The notes under the pieces are model-generated. The model saw only the letters and a program-made list of their open reading frames with translations. It was not told the DNA's origin and ran no database searches. Positions 1-15,070 of a stretch of DNA of 64,000 nucleotides are shown here, one piece after another. The number at the start of each line of letters is the position of its first letter. The stretch's first letter is position 1. Source of the stretch: Carcharhinus amblyrhynchos (lineage: Eukaryota); assembly GCA_965287045.1 (NCBI GenBank), contig OZ336885.1, forward strand, positions 63,860,001 to 63,924,000. The letters run 5' to 3'. Both the position numbers and the translations under genes were made by a program.

Positions 1-22
1 CACTCATAGAAGTCAATCTTAC

Positions 23-37
23 CTTTTTTCTGTTTCT
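23..37 (-). CDS. Coiled-coil micro-exon I (15 nt, phase 1-1): (K)KQKK
   Basis: gattgaacctcacgacag|AGAAACAGAAAAAAG|gtaaga. Positional equivalent of exon C. The gene continues past the left edge. Confidence 0.65.
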
Positions 38-3000
38 CTGTCGTGAGGTTCAATCAATAAGAAATAAAAGTTTGCAGAGAAGTTCATGGAACATTCTTCA
101 TTGGACTCACAATTTTCGGTATTTTCAATCAATCTCATTTGAACCAATATGCCATTTTTTGCCAAAATAATGAAATAACTAAGGTATTGGCTGTGTATTT
201 CTGAAAATAATAAACAAAAACGTAACACTGTTTCTGAGTAAAGTGACTAAATACGCTTTCGTCTTTTGAGAGATAATTGGTAATCGTTTGCATTATAGAA
301 ACAAGAACTTATCATGTTCGGAGTTAAGGATATAATTGACCAGGAACTGCCGCTATCTTTGCAAGTGAACCCAAAAAATATCGCATCGTGTTCTGTGCAG
401 AAATGTTCCTTTATTCATCTTGATATATCTGCATCTATGTCCAAGAGTCATTTGTCAACAGTGGAGTGACGCCAGAGACAGCTGCATCCACAATGCCTGT
501 TGTCCTTAATACCTTCACGATCTCACTGAAAACAGACCTCGAACATTCGAGAGAAAAAAAAAACAATTCCCTAGGAACTACTGCAACTTCAGTTGTGCAA
601 TAATGTATCTCAAGAAGAAAAAACGAATATTAGCAGGCAAATCCTAAATTATTGACAGGATGTTTTCAGCGAAGAGTTCGTCCGATTACAACGCACAAGA
701 AAGGGAACGTTGTTGACCGAACGCCAAACGACTCGAATGATGCAACACGACCTTGTGCATCCTTGCATAATCAGATTGCAATCCATAATGTAAATGATAA
801 TTGAAAATCTGGCTGAACTGATGTAGTTCAGACAGGAGAAACAGAACTACGTGATACACAGAGCAAATATCTGACCAAACCACATCGGATGGTCCGGGAT
901 TTTTTTTTTCAGGTTTTGAAGAAAATGAATTCAATAGACCTGATTTCACCCAGGGCAAGAATGTTTAGAAGCACATGGTGAAAAAGTGGATTTCAGAAAT
1001 ATGTAACAGAGGGTAAGATATCTCTGCATATAATGTTAATATCGTACCAAGAGTGAATTAAACGCCTGCTAGTTAACTGAAGAAAGTCAATGAAAATAAC
1101 GAAGTCAGTGCCACCTTTTCTTGCAATAGTCATTTTACTCTGGACAGGCACCAGTGATGTGTTGAACTACGAACTGCCCACATCCTTTTTTTTTAAGTTG
1201 CAAAGATTCGTTGATTAACTCACTAACTGTCAGTTCAACTGTAGAAGATGTAAGCTTTCAGAAAACAACAAAACATGATGCAATTAATAGTCGCTTCGTT
1301 AGTGATCAGTTAATTTAATAAAATCATTGTGGATTGTTAAAGTGTCAATAAAGAACAGGATTTTGCTTTTAGTTGGTGAAATAAATCATGTTGCCAATAG
1401 TAGTACATTGATCTGCTGAGGACAATTGATAAAATGCTGGTCAGCAAATGTTAGCGGTAATCGAAGCACCTTGAATTATAAGGAGAGATAAATCCTGCCT
1501 GCGAAATGTAACGCAGAACATGCTAATAGAGAATGCAAGAAAGCGACGCCGTTTAAATGTGCTTTGATATATGGAGCGCTGAGATTATTTGGCTGAACAT
1601 CCTTCATTTGTACTGGAGGGCGTTTGTGTTCATGTTATTCTGGTAAGTTTGCTGATTGTGAGAAATACAGTGAAATGGTAACGTACCAGATTGCAGGAAG
1701 CTTTAAATTAATATTCACCGGATTTCAACATTAAGAAACGTGCTCTTCTTGACATATGTGATAATCGTCTGGAGAATGACTTTCTAAATTCGCAGTTGAT
1801 ACGATGCTTAGAAGACTTTTTTTTAATTTCAAATTTACTATGTGCTGCCGATAAATTTTCGGCTCCACGATTTTCAAGTTATTATCTTAGTTTAGCTGAA
1901 ATATATTCAAATCTTCTGCTTTTATTGATTTTATTTTTGTGGGGGAAGCAAGTTTGATACACATGTCATGTTTTGACAGAACGGGCGAGCTTCACCGCGT
2001 TTCCCAATCATATTCCCCCATTTTTCAAAGGTCATCCCTCTTGTTCTCAACTCAACAATCTTTTGAAAATACCAGTGAATGTCATGCTTTTCAGTCAAAT
2101 CTGCAAAATGTCTTACTGACTGACCAGCGATAACGAAATATTTCCATTGGGTGTTTTTGTTCTCTCTCAATGAAGTCATTGTGAGAAGTTACGTTACGTT
2201 TTGTGACAGGTTATGTTTCGCATCACCCAATGCCATCAAACGATCCTACGTCAGAAACTGACTGTTCGTTTGCAATAAAAAGTGGCAGCCTGCCAGAACA
2301 GTACTCTAATGGCGTCAATACAAAGAACCTCAGGAAATGAAAGGTAGTTAATGCAAATGGATGTAAATTCTAAATGCGGCAGATTATCCACCTTAACTTA
2401 CAGAATTGAGACTAACATTCACCAGAAGCTTCGCGAGTGCCTGCATAAGATTGCAATGTGAATCCAGCCCCATCACAGAACACGCACTTCTCAGAAATGG
2501 ACCGCAACAAAAAAACCCTGAGAATTCAAATCGTTAAGTTTAGCGAGTGCAGCTGCGCCTCTAAATTTTACCACTTGCAAAGCCTGAAAAAAAAGTGTCT
2601 TGTCGCATTCATCCGAGTGCAATTTGCTCGTCCAAAACTGGAGCAGTTTTAACGTCAGTTGTTGTGGAATGGTATTTAAAACTTCATCACGTCGATGTCA
2701 AATAATCGGGAATAAAATCTGAACACTAACCATATTATTTTAAACCTAATTTAATCTCGCTGTAATGTGAATAGAATGACTACCATAACTCACCGTGATG
2801 TCAGTACAACTCCTAGCGCCAATATCTGTTTTCGGTTCTTCATCTTCTTTGGGCGAATTTAAAATCTTCAGATGAGCGCGTAGATCACCTTAGTAGTGAC
2901 CTCGTCACTGACTTTACTGATTACGGATCTAAAATTAAAGAGCCTGTCATCTCCTCAGACTTCTTAGAATGGATCCCATTTCTCTGCATACCTTTGTTCC

Positions 3001-6000
3001 TGTCACTCTGAACTTTATTTTTCCTCAATGTCTTATCGCAGTCATGCAAGAACAATTTGCTTGGCATTGAAACAACAATCTTGCAGGCAGTAAACTGAGA
3101 AAACTACATGCTTCTGAATAAGCACATTGTTTTCTTTCCTGGGAATTTAATAGATTGAACATTTCTGGGGTCGCCTGACAAAGATTCTTGCCAGGAAGCG
3201 AGGGTTAGCTTTAAAAATGCCAGACATGATTCTGTGTCTGGACCCAACCTACGAAATTGGAGATCGGGCAGCATTTCAACATTCGTTGAATGGATGAACG
3301 GTTCATGACTGCCCTTCAGCTTGGTTAGATCAAATGAACAAATTGACAGCCGGTTCCAAACGTGGTATAATTTCTGCCTGTTCTCCGCCATAATTGGAGT
3401 GAGTTTGCACCCTTAGTCATTGCATTATTTTTACGCCCAGCCTTCGTTCAGGAAAGGCTGCTAAAATCGTAAATACGGATTTGTTCACTTTCAGGGGAAA
3501 TTTGCGGCAGCCATCATACTCAATCCGTGCAGATGGATCAAACTGGCAGCCAACAATATTTGTTGGGCATGTCTCTGTGCGACCATTCATCATGAACTGC
3601 GAGACATGGAGCAATATTACAGGACACAACAAATTTAGGATCTTTTCAAACTTTTAAAGACAACGTGTCACTGCGCAGTGTACTGCAGCGTGACTTACCC
3701 TTTCAATTACGCACCCTTCCGATGAACTGCCTGAATAAATGTTACATAGTTTTTACCGTCCACATTTTTTATAATTTACTTGCGTGCAATAAAACAGGTG
3801 ACTGGAGGCAGGGATGACCGTCATTGAGATTGTATTTGCATCGCTCTCCATCAACCACCCCACCTTAATGACACGTGACACGGCCGATTGTCAGGTGAAA
3901 TATTAGATGAGTGTTCCATTACCTTGACGATACTTAGAGAATGTTTGTGTGTATGTTTCTTTTTGGTCCGGCCAATTGAATATATTGAAGTTTATGTATT
4001 TTCTGCAGTCCAACTCACTAATAAGATGTAGTAGCTTTCTTTTAACCAGAAATTCAATTTGTTGCTGCTCAATGTCCATGTCAGCTGCATCAGGAAGGTG
4101 AAAAACGACCGCCAGAGACACATGCGCCGTATATGGAATAACAGAGTCGTAGAATCTTACAATGAAGAAGGCCCATGGTGTCAGCAACCTACCATAATTC
4201 CACCAAGGCACTCTCCGTATAAAGCCATGTACATACCACAGCAAATCATCGTGACAATAAGAGAACATTTAGTATTGCTAATCAATCGAATCCTTGGACT
4301 GCGGGAGAAAACAGCATCACCAGGAGAATACCCAAGAAAACACGACAGGGGGTGCAAACCCCCAACATGCAGTGACCCAAGCCATGAATCGATCCCAGGC
4401 TCCAAGCGGTGTGAGGCTAATTCAATCAGAATAAAGCAATGTTTTACATGATTTCAGTAATGTTGTGTGGTGAGAACAATGTTGATTCATTGCCAGGACA
4501 GGCACAATGAACACATGAGTTCCATCAGGTTGCATATGTCATCAATGAGAACATTCCCACGCTGGTGTGCTCCTGATTACGTTGTCAAATTCAGTGATAA
4601 TTGATGTTAGATGTTTCTGGAAGGAAACATTTTCTGCAACGACATATCAGTTTTGTGACATGCATTTCTTATTTACTTATGTCCGTGGTTGTCCACGTAA
4701 TTAGTTATTTAATTAATTGCGTCACAAGTCGGCTTGTGTTCCTTCCTCAATGAATTTACAGTGAATATCGCCGACATTAAGACCACCCGAATTGACATTC
4801 AGACTTTGGCCATTTCGACGTTCGGTGTGCAGCAATATCAACTGGTGACGCGTGATTCTAAGTCCCCATCCCACAATGGATATCCCTTCGGAAATAGGTG
4901 CAATTCCGTTCCCTCCTTAATTTTAAAGCCGGGAAGGCCTTCATGCCATGTTATACAACGAGCTCTGTTATGATCTGGAGGTGTCCAGCAGCTTCCTGAA
5001 AATAACATTTTGAGAAGAAGCGAATCAGCATTTCTCTTCACGATAGTAGAATGAACCAAACACGATTTAATTTCCCAAGTTATCCTTTTTAACAAATCTT
5101 TCTTTTGCACAGGGTTCTGGCTCGTGCGGCAGAGAGCAAATGCAAGAATGTTTACTTCTATACCCACTTCCCTTGTTCGAAATATTTTCTCCACAGGATG
5201 ACGACCTTGCAAAGACTGCAGTCTATATGGATGAGGAAGTAGCTGAAGGCTGGATGTGGATCTTCGAACAAGGAATCAAATTGTGTGCTTTCTGAAACAG
5301 CGCATGGGAAAATACAGTTGACCTTATCATAGACGTCAGTGACCGGAACATGTAAAATATTTATTACTTCTGCAGAGCATCGATGAGGAGCATTATATCT
5401 GACCAAGTGTGATGAGATGCCATGCATATTCCAGCCTTTAATGGTGGCAGAATAAGAAGCTCCCATTCTTGTTCAAGTAGTTTGTATGTGCTAAAGTCCA
5501 CGGCTCCTCAGCAAACTCTGGGCGTTGTGATTATGCCAGATGTTTCCCCGGAATGAGATGAATGACCTTCCCATTTACTGTGCAATTATCGTGACTATAA
5601 CTGAATTTGTTGCATTTGATCTCACGCCCAACCAAAGATGAGCCGATTCAGGTCAATCCCTAAGACATTGCGTCAATGATAGCCAATGGACGGCAAAGAT
5701 GTTCCGATCACAATTGCAATCATAACAGGACGTTTGTTCCCACGACCGGATCATTAACTTACTTATCACTGCCGTATATTTTTAGTTGAACAGAACAATC
5801 AAAAAAACACTTTAATACTGCTGGGCACAGTAGAAAAAAAACTTAATTCAACACGCTGATGTGTGCTATCAAACATTATGCGACGTTATCGGCATTGAAA
5901 AACAGAACGCATATCAGTGTGATGTCATCTGAATGGCATGTTCCCACGGGCAATCCAAATTCTAAACAATTGTAATGCTGGTAATAAATAAGGTGACTAT

Positions 6001-8395
6001 AACAAATTGAGTCACGTCACATATATTCGAGTGCCCAATATCATTCTTAATTTATCCGAAACATAACCCAAGACATCTCCACTGATTTCAGCAATATCTG
6101 ATCGCATTGATGGACAACCTCAAAACACACATCTTGTCATGTTTTTCTAAAGGGTACAACAACTTCTTGTTCATGAAGATCATCTTTCGAAATGACCAAA
6201 CTCCTCCCCACTATTGTAGAACATCAGTCTGACTATAGATTTATTTTAGACGATAAATTTAGAACTCTATGCCTCAATGAATTAATATAATTTCAAAATT
6301 GTTCGTGTAGTTTGAAGCTCAAGTTAAATGATAACTTCATCAACGAAGCTGCTTATCATTCCAAATTAAGTTCAGTTATTGCGGTACTTCTTTTTAAATG
6401 CATTGCTCACCTAACATCTGAAGTTTGTCGTTCGTGCCCTTTAGTTCTTCAAACCATAAAAAAAAGTGTATTCATATTCTGGCATTGGTTTAATTAAGCG
6501 TTCTTTGGAATTGGTGTGGAGAAGAAACAAAGGACACAATCTCGTAATAAGCTGCAAACTTTAAGGATGAAACGAGGATTCTTGTTAATTCGAGCGTGGT
6601 GACACTTTGAAATTATTTTCTTCAGAAGACTGTGACCGTGGGGATGGGGGGCGTGTTATATATTTATATTTAAACCTGAATCCGATAAAAAAAAAACATC
6701 GTAGAATACATAAACGTCCTATGCCGTTGTGCCGGAAAACTGCGCAACATCTGCCACCACCTGACTGACTAGCGGGGCGGTTGTCCCATTGCGCCTGCAG
6801 CGCACATTGAATGTTATATTCTGTTTTATTTCACTTGTGTTTCGACGTCTGGAATTTGAAAAACGTGGAACAACAATTTGGATTACGGATTGTAGCACGG
6901 TTGACATTGCACGGCGGAGAAGGCTGCAGCTATCCTTAACTGCGTTCTGTTCCTTAACAAATACCATCTACACATACAAAGACTCGTGAGTTGGTTGATG
7001 GGTTAGGATTTCCATAGTGCAGCGAGAAGGGTTGCGCGGGGTGGGGGGGGGGGGGGGGTGCGGTGGTGGAAGAGGGGAAGGGGACGGGGAGGGGAATGTA
7101 TCTCTTGCTTGAAAATGTTCAGGTTTCACCTGAGATAGAAAGGAAATTGACATCGATTCAGAGAATTTTAGCGACGAAGAAGGCCGTTTGGCCCTTCGAA
7201 CATGCTCGGCATTCATTACGGTCATAGCTGATCATAAAACTCGATATCTTAATCTTTCTATTACCCATAAACTTTGATCCCATTTACACCAATTCAACAT
7301 GTGAATGCTGTACTTTTTTTTTAATTCGGCGGAACTCAGAATTTCAGACAGATTTAAGTTTCTCAGTTCTTGTGTTCGGAATATTTCTACAATCACATCA
7401 AATGACAGTGCATAGACGACTACCTACTGAGAAAATCACAACACTGTGTTACATAATTATTCTAAAATTCCCCGCTGGTAAATTATCCATGTTTTTTTTT
7501 CCTTTTTTTCAATCGGAGAGCATATTTTTTGAAAGTTGTAACAGCATTTCACCTGAAATCTTTTGCTCCAGATCAGCTTCTGTAAGAGGTAGAAGTTGTT
7601 TTGTTCTCAGCATCATGACAATTCAAAACTTTGTAGTTGCAATGTAATTAAAGTTACTAATTGAGGACCAGGTTACATTGAGAAGCTGTTTTGTTGTGTT
7701 CAATGCGATAACACCGGTCTTTTTTTTGTCAGATTGACAAGCACATGATCATCAGCGAGTAGCAAGATGATGCATGCCCGCAGCGGCCTCACGTATGTGC
7801 TGTCACATATAATAATTCATAATTCAAGAAGGAAAATTGCTCTCACATATATTTCCTGGAATAAAGCAAAACGTTCATCATTGGGAAAATAGAGAAAGAT
7901 TATGAATGTCTTCTCGGAATGTGTCCAAGTCTCATCTCAGCATTACCTCTCTGCACTTACCAATCGCAGGCAAATCATCAGAGGGCATCGTTCGCCATTC
8001 GAAACAGTTGGTTGATAAAATAATTTATCAGTCATTGCGAGCGAAGCAAACCTTAATTGAAATTCTACTTCTCATTTGAACAATAAGCGACGAAGCTTTG
8101 AAATTCCCTTAAAAGTGAAAAGTTAAAAGTGAAAGTAAATCCCCAGATTTACTTTCAGAACAGATACTTAATTATGCGTTTGTTGTCACTAAACCAGTTT
8201 TCAATTCTGCAGAATCGAGACTCGGTTGTTTTACCCTTCCCTGTTATTGTTAATCTTCAATGCTGTAAGGTGTTCTACCTTTCTGTGGTTGAGTGCATTT
8301 TAGCCAAAACAACCATACATGCAAAAGATGGTTAAGCAAATTTACAACATTAGGATCGTTGATTTCCGAGGAATGCAAAATTATTAGCCACTTAC

Positions 8396-8422
8396 TGCAC
8401 TTTTCGTGGAGAACGTTAAAAT
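8396..8422 (-). CDS. Coiled-coil micro-exon H (27 nt, phase 1-1): (D)FNVLHEKC
   Basis: tttctctctacttttgttag|ATTTTAACGTTCTCCACGAAAAGTGCA|gtaagtggc. Same first 9 intron bases as exon B. Confidence 0.75.
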
Positions 8423-11400
8423 CTAACAAAAGTAGAGAGAAATGCGTTTTTTTTTAGAAAATCTACGATTCGAAAATGAAATATTTTCCAAGTTTCGTTT
8501 GGGATTCTAACTGCCTATAGAGAATGAATAATTAACATTCGAGAAGTGATTTCAAAAATCTGGTCCAGCATGCCGAGTTTTGAAAAGCCTCTGAATGCTT
8601 CGAATTAAGCTCATGCAAACCATTTGCAGCAGATAACTAAGAGTGACCTGCGGGCATTGTTGAATTAAAAAAAAGTTATTTGTCTGGCACATTTACGTCA
8701 GATATGTGAGTAGGTAACAGAGGAATGGGTGCACAAAGGAAGGCTTTATTGTTTCAATTGATAGCGTCAAAGGCAAGGTCAGCATTTAATGTCTATGAGC
8801 AATTGCCCTCTGGAAGGTGATTGTGACAAAGTTCTTGGATAGCTGGATATGAAACGCTTTATGCACATGTACAGTTTATTGCGAAGCAATTCAATCATTG
8901 TGCCTCTGCAATATTAATGTATGCATACTATAAAATTATTGTGTCAAAATTGCGGATGAAACAAACGTCGTGGAGTACACAAACTACTCAATTTTCTTTG
9001 CTTGTAGATTTCATGTTTTTGAGATGTTATGGCTCTATGGATTGTATTATCTCTAAGTTCCACACTGCAGTTATATTCGCCGTTAGTCGAGGCAGTATTT
9101 TTTTACTGTGGAAAATATCGTCTGAATGACTGCAGATGATTTAGGAAATGTTTTCCGCTAGTTTTACTTTTATTGGTGCCTCTATTGCCCAAGCACGAGC
9201 AGATCAGGCCTTCACACTCCTAAATTTTGCTTTGGAATATGTTGAACATTTATTACTCTGTAATTAGGACCTTTTGTGCAAACCCCTTTCTACATCTGGC
9301 GGAATAAGTTAATTTTCTCTACAATACTGATGTCAAGAATCTTAGTTGTGATGACTGAAATAAGATTCATGAAATTGACTCGAATAGGTCAGTTAGATTC
9401 GCTCGTATTCCGAATCGTAATTTCCTGGCACGCATAATTGTCAGCGAAAGGACCGATCCTGAATGCTGAAAGTTTTTGTTTCTTGTGAACACCAGAATCT
9501 GCAGCATTAACTGCCCATCAGATTATTTCTTGGCACGCGTGTCACATGACAAGCCATAGACAAGTGATATACCTTTCCTTGTTTTCGATATTTGTCTCCA
9601 AACAGTGAACGATACCCAAACACTTTCAGTGGCATGCATGAAGCTGTTGTTCATTGGCGTCAAACGTGGTCAAATCCTGTCCGTTTCCAAATATAACAAA
9701 ACAGTACCACAACTAGTAATTTCAGAATACCTGGTTACCTATTGTCTATCATTGAAATACAATATGGTTGGCGGAAACAGCCACAAGAATTATTGAGGAC
9801 GTTGTTCGCAGTTCTTGGCCAACCTTTTATCACAAAAATGATGACTCAGGATACATGGTGGAGTGACCATAGGATTTCTAACTGTTGCTTCGGCATCACT
9901 AATTTGAGCATGTCTTTCGACATTATCCAGTTCATTTCATGTGGTCTAGTGAGGAGTGTTATTAAATGTTGGCTGAAGAAAGTAAATCACAACAAAAACT
10001 CATTTTGTGATGATTTGCAGAAGAATCATGTCATACGTATCAATGGCGAACACAACACTGCTTAGTGCCATTTCAGTCTATAATGGTCTTTCAAAGGAGT
10101 GCTTGATTTTGAGCAGTCATCTTCAGACAGTAGTTTGATTCCAAAGCTGGAACTAGGTTATCAGTTTCAATCCCAAAATAGGTATCGTACCGAAAATAAG
10201 TTCAGCCCAGGCTTCAAACTAGCAGGTCACTCCAAAAAAGTGAACAACTTGGCAATTTTCGACAGGTTGACGTATATCCAGGGTTTGATACAGATGGAAC
10301 TTCAGACCGTTCTCCCGCCTGTTGTTCATTTTCTCTCAACATGAATGTCGTAGCTGTCGTTACTGACGGGGTAATTTGGCACAACAATTATCATTTGGCA
10401 AGTTATGTTCAGCGAGATCATCAGTTGGAAGCACTCCATGTTTCACTCGAGAATGCTTGTTACTTTATGGTCAACATTTATTTTAGGCTACTTTACTCTA
10501 TCTGAACAAGACAATTACTTTAAGGCTCAAATGCGCTCATCTATTGCTCTGGGATGGCACTAGGGCTATCAAAAATCATTTGATGTGTTTTCATAACTGC
10601 CTCTGTTGTGAAAGAATGCATACAATGATTTATTGTTCCACATTCAAAGATGTCATCAATTAAGCAATCCTGTATTAGCAGTGCAAAATTGTCATGGATA
10701 AAGAAGTGAATAAGCAAGGTAGAACCTTTTCAGCCACCAATTAATTGTTAAGTGTTTTGTTTTAGGCTTTTGCAAAAATTGGCTAAACAACGTAAAGACG
10801 CATTTTTTTTCACACTCAGACATAGTGTGCATTTCGCGGCAATCAATAGGTTCCTTAAAACGTGATTCAATTTCACGCAGTGCAGTTTTAACGTTTGCGT
10901 ATAACTTAGTGAGCTATCTGTTGAAACCATGCTATTACAAGTCCAATAACGTTGTCACCTGTGATATTTTTATCATTTCCAAAGTCTTCTCGAAACAATT
11001 GTACGTTCTCCCACACAAATTGGAGCAACTGTTCTCTATTTCTGCCTGGGTACACTTGTTTCCTGCTAACAGAATTTAAATCAGTTGAACAAAAAAAACT
11101 GAACGGGAAAATAAAATGTTTAAGGTGGGAAGCAGGTGAAATTTGAGCAATAACCTTTTATTTTCTCTTTCGTTTTTTCTTCTGTTATATATAATTAAGA
11201 AGAAACAAAAATAAATCAATTATTTTGCGGTAATATTGTTTTGTTTTTGAATACCGGCTTCAGAGATATATTCACCTCACCAAAATGTTTTCCCTGGTTA
11301 GTTGGTATGCAAAACAAGGCGACAAATACAGCTGACGTGGCGCCAACATATTCATTGTGCGTGTGGCATCAGGATTTCTGTCCAATCAGGTTTTTTTTTT

Positions 11401-12508
11401 CTGACACATGAATTTTTAGCAAACACTGTTGAATAACGTCCGACCTTGTCAAATAACGGGTGGCTGATGGAATAGTTCGGAGACTTTCCAAACTTCTGAT
11501 GTTCATTCACCGTGCCCTCCGACTTTTGCAATTAGCACAACACTTTGAGGAGCCCAGCGTAGAGGTGTTGGTGTAGCTGTAGGATCGAGAATATGTTGAG
11601 TCATTTTAAGACCTGAAATGTAGTCATGACGGTCCTCCTCAGAGTAGAAAAGAGTACAGCATGAACATGGTGACATCGAAAATCTATGTCAACAGACGAG
11701 GTCCTTTGGCCCATACTGATTTTTGAGCTCATCTAAGTGCAGTCCAGATGGCTGCCATAAACTGCTGGTTGATCTTTGTAACATCATTTTTTCAGAATTT
11801 CAAATGCTGAATTAACCTACTTACATAAGGATGGGTATGAAAGGTATGTTGGCATGGCCGCCCTTCTCATATGGTGCACAAGTTGATAGGTTCCTGCAGG
11901 ATATTTTTTAATATAACGACGGATTGATATTACTGTAAATGTGGCCACAACATTTCACTCATTGCAGGTTCCTTTGAGAATGGTATGGAGACGATTTGAC
12001 TAACGAACTCAGCAGAGAGATGAGATAATGTTAAAGGTCGCGAAAAATATTACGGGACACATTGATACACCGACTGGCATGCAGGAAATCTAATTTTTTT
12101 TCATATATTAGTGTTATTTAAAAGGGCAGATTATGAATGTTTGTAAGCAACACCTTTTCCACACCTTTACCACAATTCTGCAGGTAAAGTTGGAGTTGTT
12201 TATCACCAACTTCACGCTGGTACAAAGAGCCGAATGGCCTACTACTATGACATGATTTTTCGTTCCTCTTGCTTATCGATATGTTATGCAAAAGGTAACT
12301 AGATCAGTTGGCATTAAACGTTTCAGAAAAGTTGAATGCAATCGTGTGCAGCGTTTACTTGGTTTTGATCATATTTTCTGACTGTGCCCACCCTGCAAAA
12401 CGTGCAGGCCATCGATCAAACTAACTAACACAATTCAGCAGATTACTCGATCTACTGGCTCGTAAGACACTCCGTGAACCGAATTTGGCTGCTTGTGGAA
12501 CATTACTG

Positions 12509-13160
12509 TGTTATCGGACAACAAATTGTCTGAAATTGAGTACACAATATGGAAGCAACTAAAGCTGGACTCAGAACCTCCCCACTAAAGATGACAAGGG
12601 AACAGATCCAGACAAGCAGGCGAAAGACATTTTTTTTTAATGCAAACTCGGGCTCGCACAGAAAGGGAACCGGACAAGTTGGCACCTACAGAAACGAAAT
12701 TAAAAGTACACCCCCATCTAATCAGGACCTCAAATCTAATCAAGTAAACCTCTATGGAGACACCTAAAGATTAACATAACCAAAGAAGCCTCCCTGGCCT
12801 CACAGATTTCCTGAGATCAACCAAACACCCATTGTTCAAACCCCGGAGATTCTAGACCATTGCTAAACCCATCTGACAGATACGATTAACGCACACTTAA
12901 AAACATCGTTGTAATACTTGAAAACATCGAAACAGAATGGTCAAAGTCAAGTACTGTAAACAAAACATTAACATTTGAATCATACAATGTGTCAAAGTTC
13001 GAGTGTAACTGTAGTCCATTGCGGTGGGCCTTTAGAGTGCAACGGGGCAGTTCTGTTCGTATGTCCTCACTGCACCTCCGTTGACATGAAAATAAAGCTG
13101 TGCCGCTGTTGAACCTGACACTGAGTCCGTAATGGTCGTGTCCGCCCACTCGAGCTCACA
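12509..13160 (+). mobile_element. Solo LTR, family 2, copy 1
   Basis: TGTTATCGGACAACAAATT...CCCACTCGAGCTCACA (TG..CA ends), aataaagctgtgccgct, flanks actg/attg. Homologous to 44131-44776. Confidence 0.82.
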
Positions 13161-13499
13161 ATTGCAATACGTTGTTGGTGGCTTTGAAAAGTTGTTGAGT
13201 TGGAGCTCCCTCTCAATTCGCAGAACGTAATACCAGCAAAATGCTTTTTTTTTACTGTTTTGTTGATTTAGGGATTCAAATGCTGCTAAAATGGTGGTCA
13301 TTTCTTGTCGACTTCTAATTGTTCTTGTACTTAAGACTATAAAGTCTGCGGATCTTGGGGAACCTAATGGTGAAATTCTGCTGTCAGTCCATATTCCAAC
13401 AGAGGAGCACTTAGAGGATTAGAATATATGGAGCTGGATAGGTTTTCTGGTCTTTACCAGAGTTATAAAAAAAAACTATATGAGACACCCTATTCGAGG

Positions 13500-15070
13500 C
13501 TAGAGATTAAAAAAAGGGGGCCCTGTCTGAAGTATTTACATCCTTCTTAACCACGGATGATTTCATGGGAAAATAAGGGCAGTGAATGTCGTGCCCTTAC
13601 TTAAGAAGGGCTGCAAACAATGACATCGGAATTACAGACCAGTAAGTCTGACATATGTGGTAGGCAAGGTAATCGACAAGATTCTGAGGGATAAGATATG
13701 CATTCGTTCAGAAAAACGGGGTTTCATTAGGTATAGTCAGCACGGCGTTTTGCGTGGCAGACCATGCCTCACAAATTTGTTATATTTTCTTCATGATGTG
13801 ACCAGAATGGTTGATGGGCTCAAGGCTGTTGTCATAGTCTGTGTGGATTTTATTAGCTTATTTATTAGTCACATGTAAGCTTACACTCAGACAGGAATTG
13901 ATCTACTGCGAAAATCCCCTTTCAATAATTTCCAGCAGGCCTTCGATAAGATTTCACATGATAAGCTGCTCTGGAACGTCACATTGCATGGAAGATCGCA
14001 TGGAGAGCGGGCATATTCGATACTAAATTTGCTTAAATGTGGGGCGAAGAGGATAAGAGTGGAATGACGCATGTCGGACTCGAAACTTGTGGGTCGTGGT
14101 GTGCCGGAGACCTCGGTGTTTCGCCCATTGTTGTTTGTTATCAATATCAGTGAGTTGGATGAGTATATGCTAGTCGTGATTAGAAAGTTTGCAGTTGATA
14201 ATAAAGTCAGCGACATCGTGGAAAGCGAGGAAGATTACCAAACATTGCAGCAAGACATTCATCAGCTGGGTAAATGGGCCGAGAAATGACAAAATGAGTG
14301 TACTAGAGATGTCTGTGGTGTTGAATTTTAGGAAATCAAATCAGGGTAGCAGTCTTATGTTGAATGGTCATCTCTTAAGGAGTATCGCAGAACAGAGGAT
14401 TCTTGCAGCTCTTCAGCACTGTTCCCTAAAGGTGAGATTACAGGTCGACAGAGCAGTGAAAAGTGTTTTGCACAAAGGCGCCTTCATTCGTCAGGGCATT
14501 GGGTATAGGAGATGAAAAGTTATGTTACATTTGTAAAGGATGTTGTTAGTATTGTGTTCGGTTTTGGCCACCTAGTTATTGGAATGATGCCACTAATATT
14601 GAAGGAGAGCTGAACACGTTTACAAGGATGTTTCCTGGACACAAGTGACTGTTATATGAACAGGTGGTAGAAACTGGAATTTCTTTTAGAGTGTAGGATG
14701 CTGAGGGGGAGATTACACAACTATAACAGATAATGAGATGCATAAAATATGGTGAACAGACTCCGTCTTTTCCCTAAGGTGTGGAATAGTGAACGACTGG
14801 GCTTTTTTTTTCAAGTGGAGGGGAAAAAATAATGGGGCCCTGAGAAACTTTTTCTTTTCACACAGAGTGCTGTAAACAGGTGGAAGTGATTGATTTGGGT
14901 ACATTAAGTACATTGAAATGACATTTAGACAAACTCATGGACAGGAAAGTTTAGGAGGATATGGGTCAAGTGCAGAGAAATTGTGATTAGGATGGATGAA
15001 AATGTTGGTCACCGTGGGCCAGTTAGGGCCGAAGAGCTTGTCCCCGTTCTGTGGGACTATGTGGCTTTTT
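13500..15070 (+). mobile_element. CR1-type LINE, 5'-truncated, decayed RT and 3' end
   Basis: Fragments NYRPVSLT, SQHGVLRGRPCLTNL, GVPETSVFRPLLFVINISELD, KFAVDNKV, with frameshifts. Confidence 0.9.

Noticed and set aside
3903-4405. ORFs vaguely like a TIR domain, GPCR or retroviral Env
   Set aside because: No diagnostic motifs, stops in the flanking frames, and no supporting splice structure.
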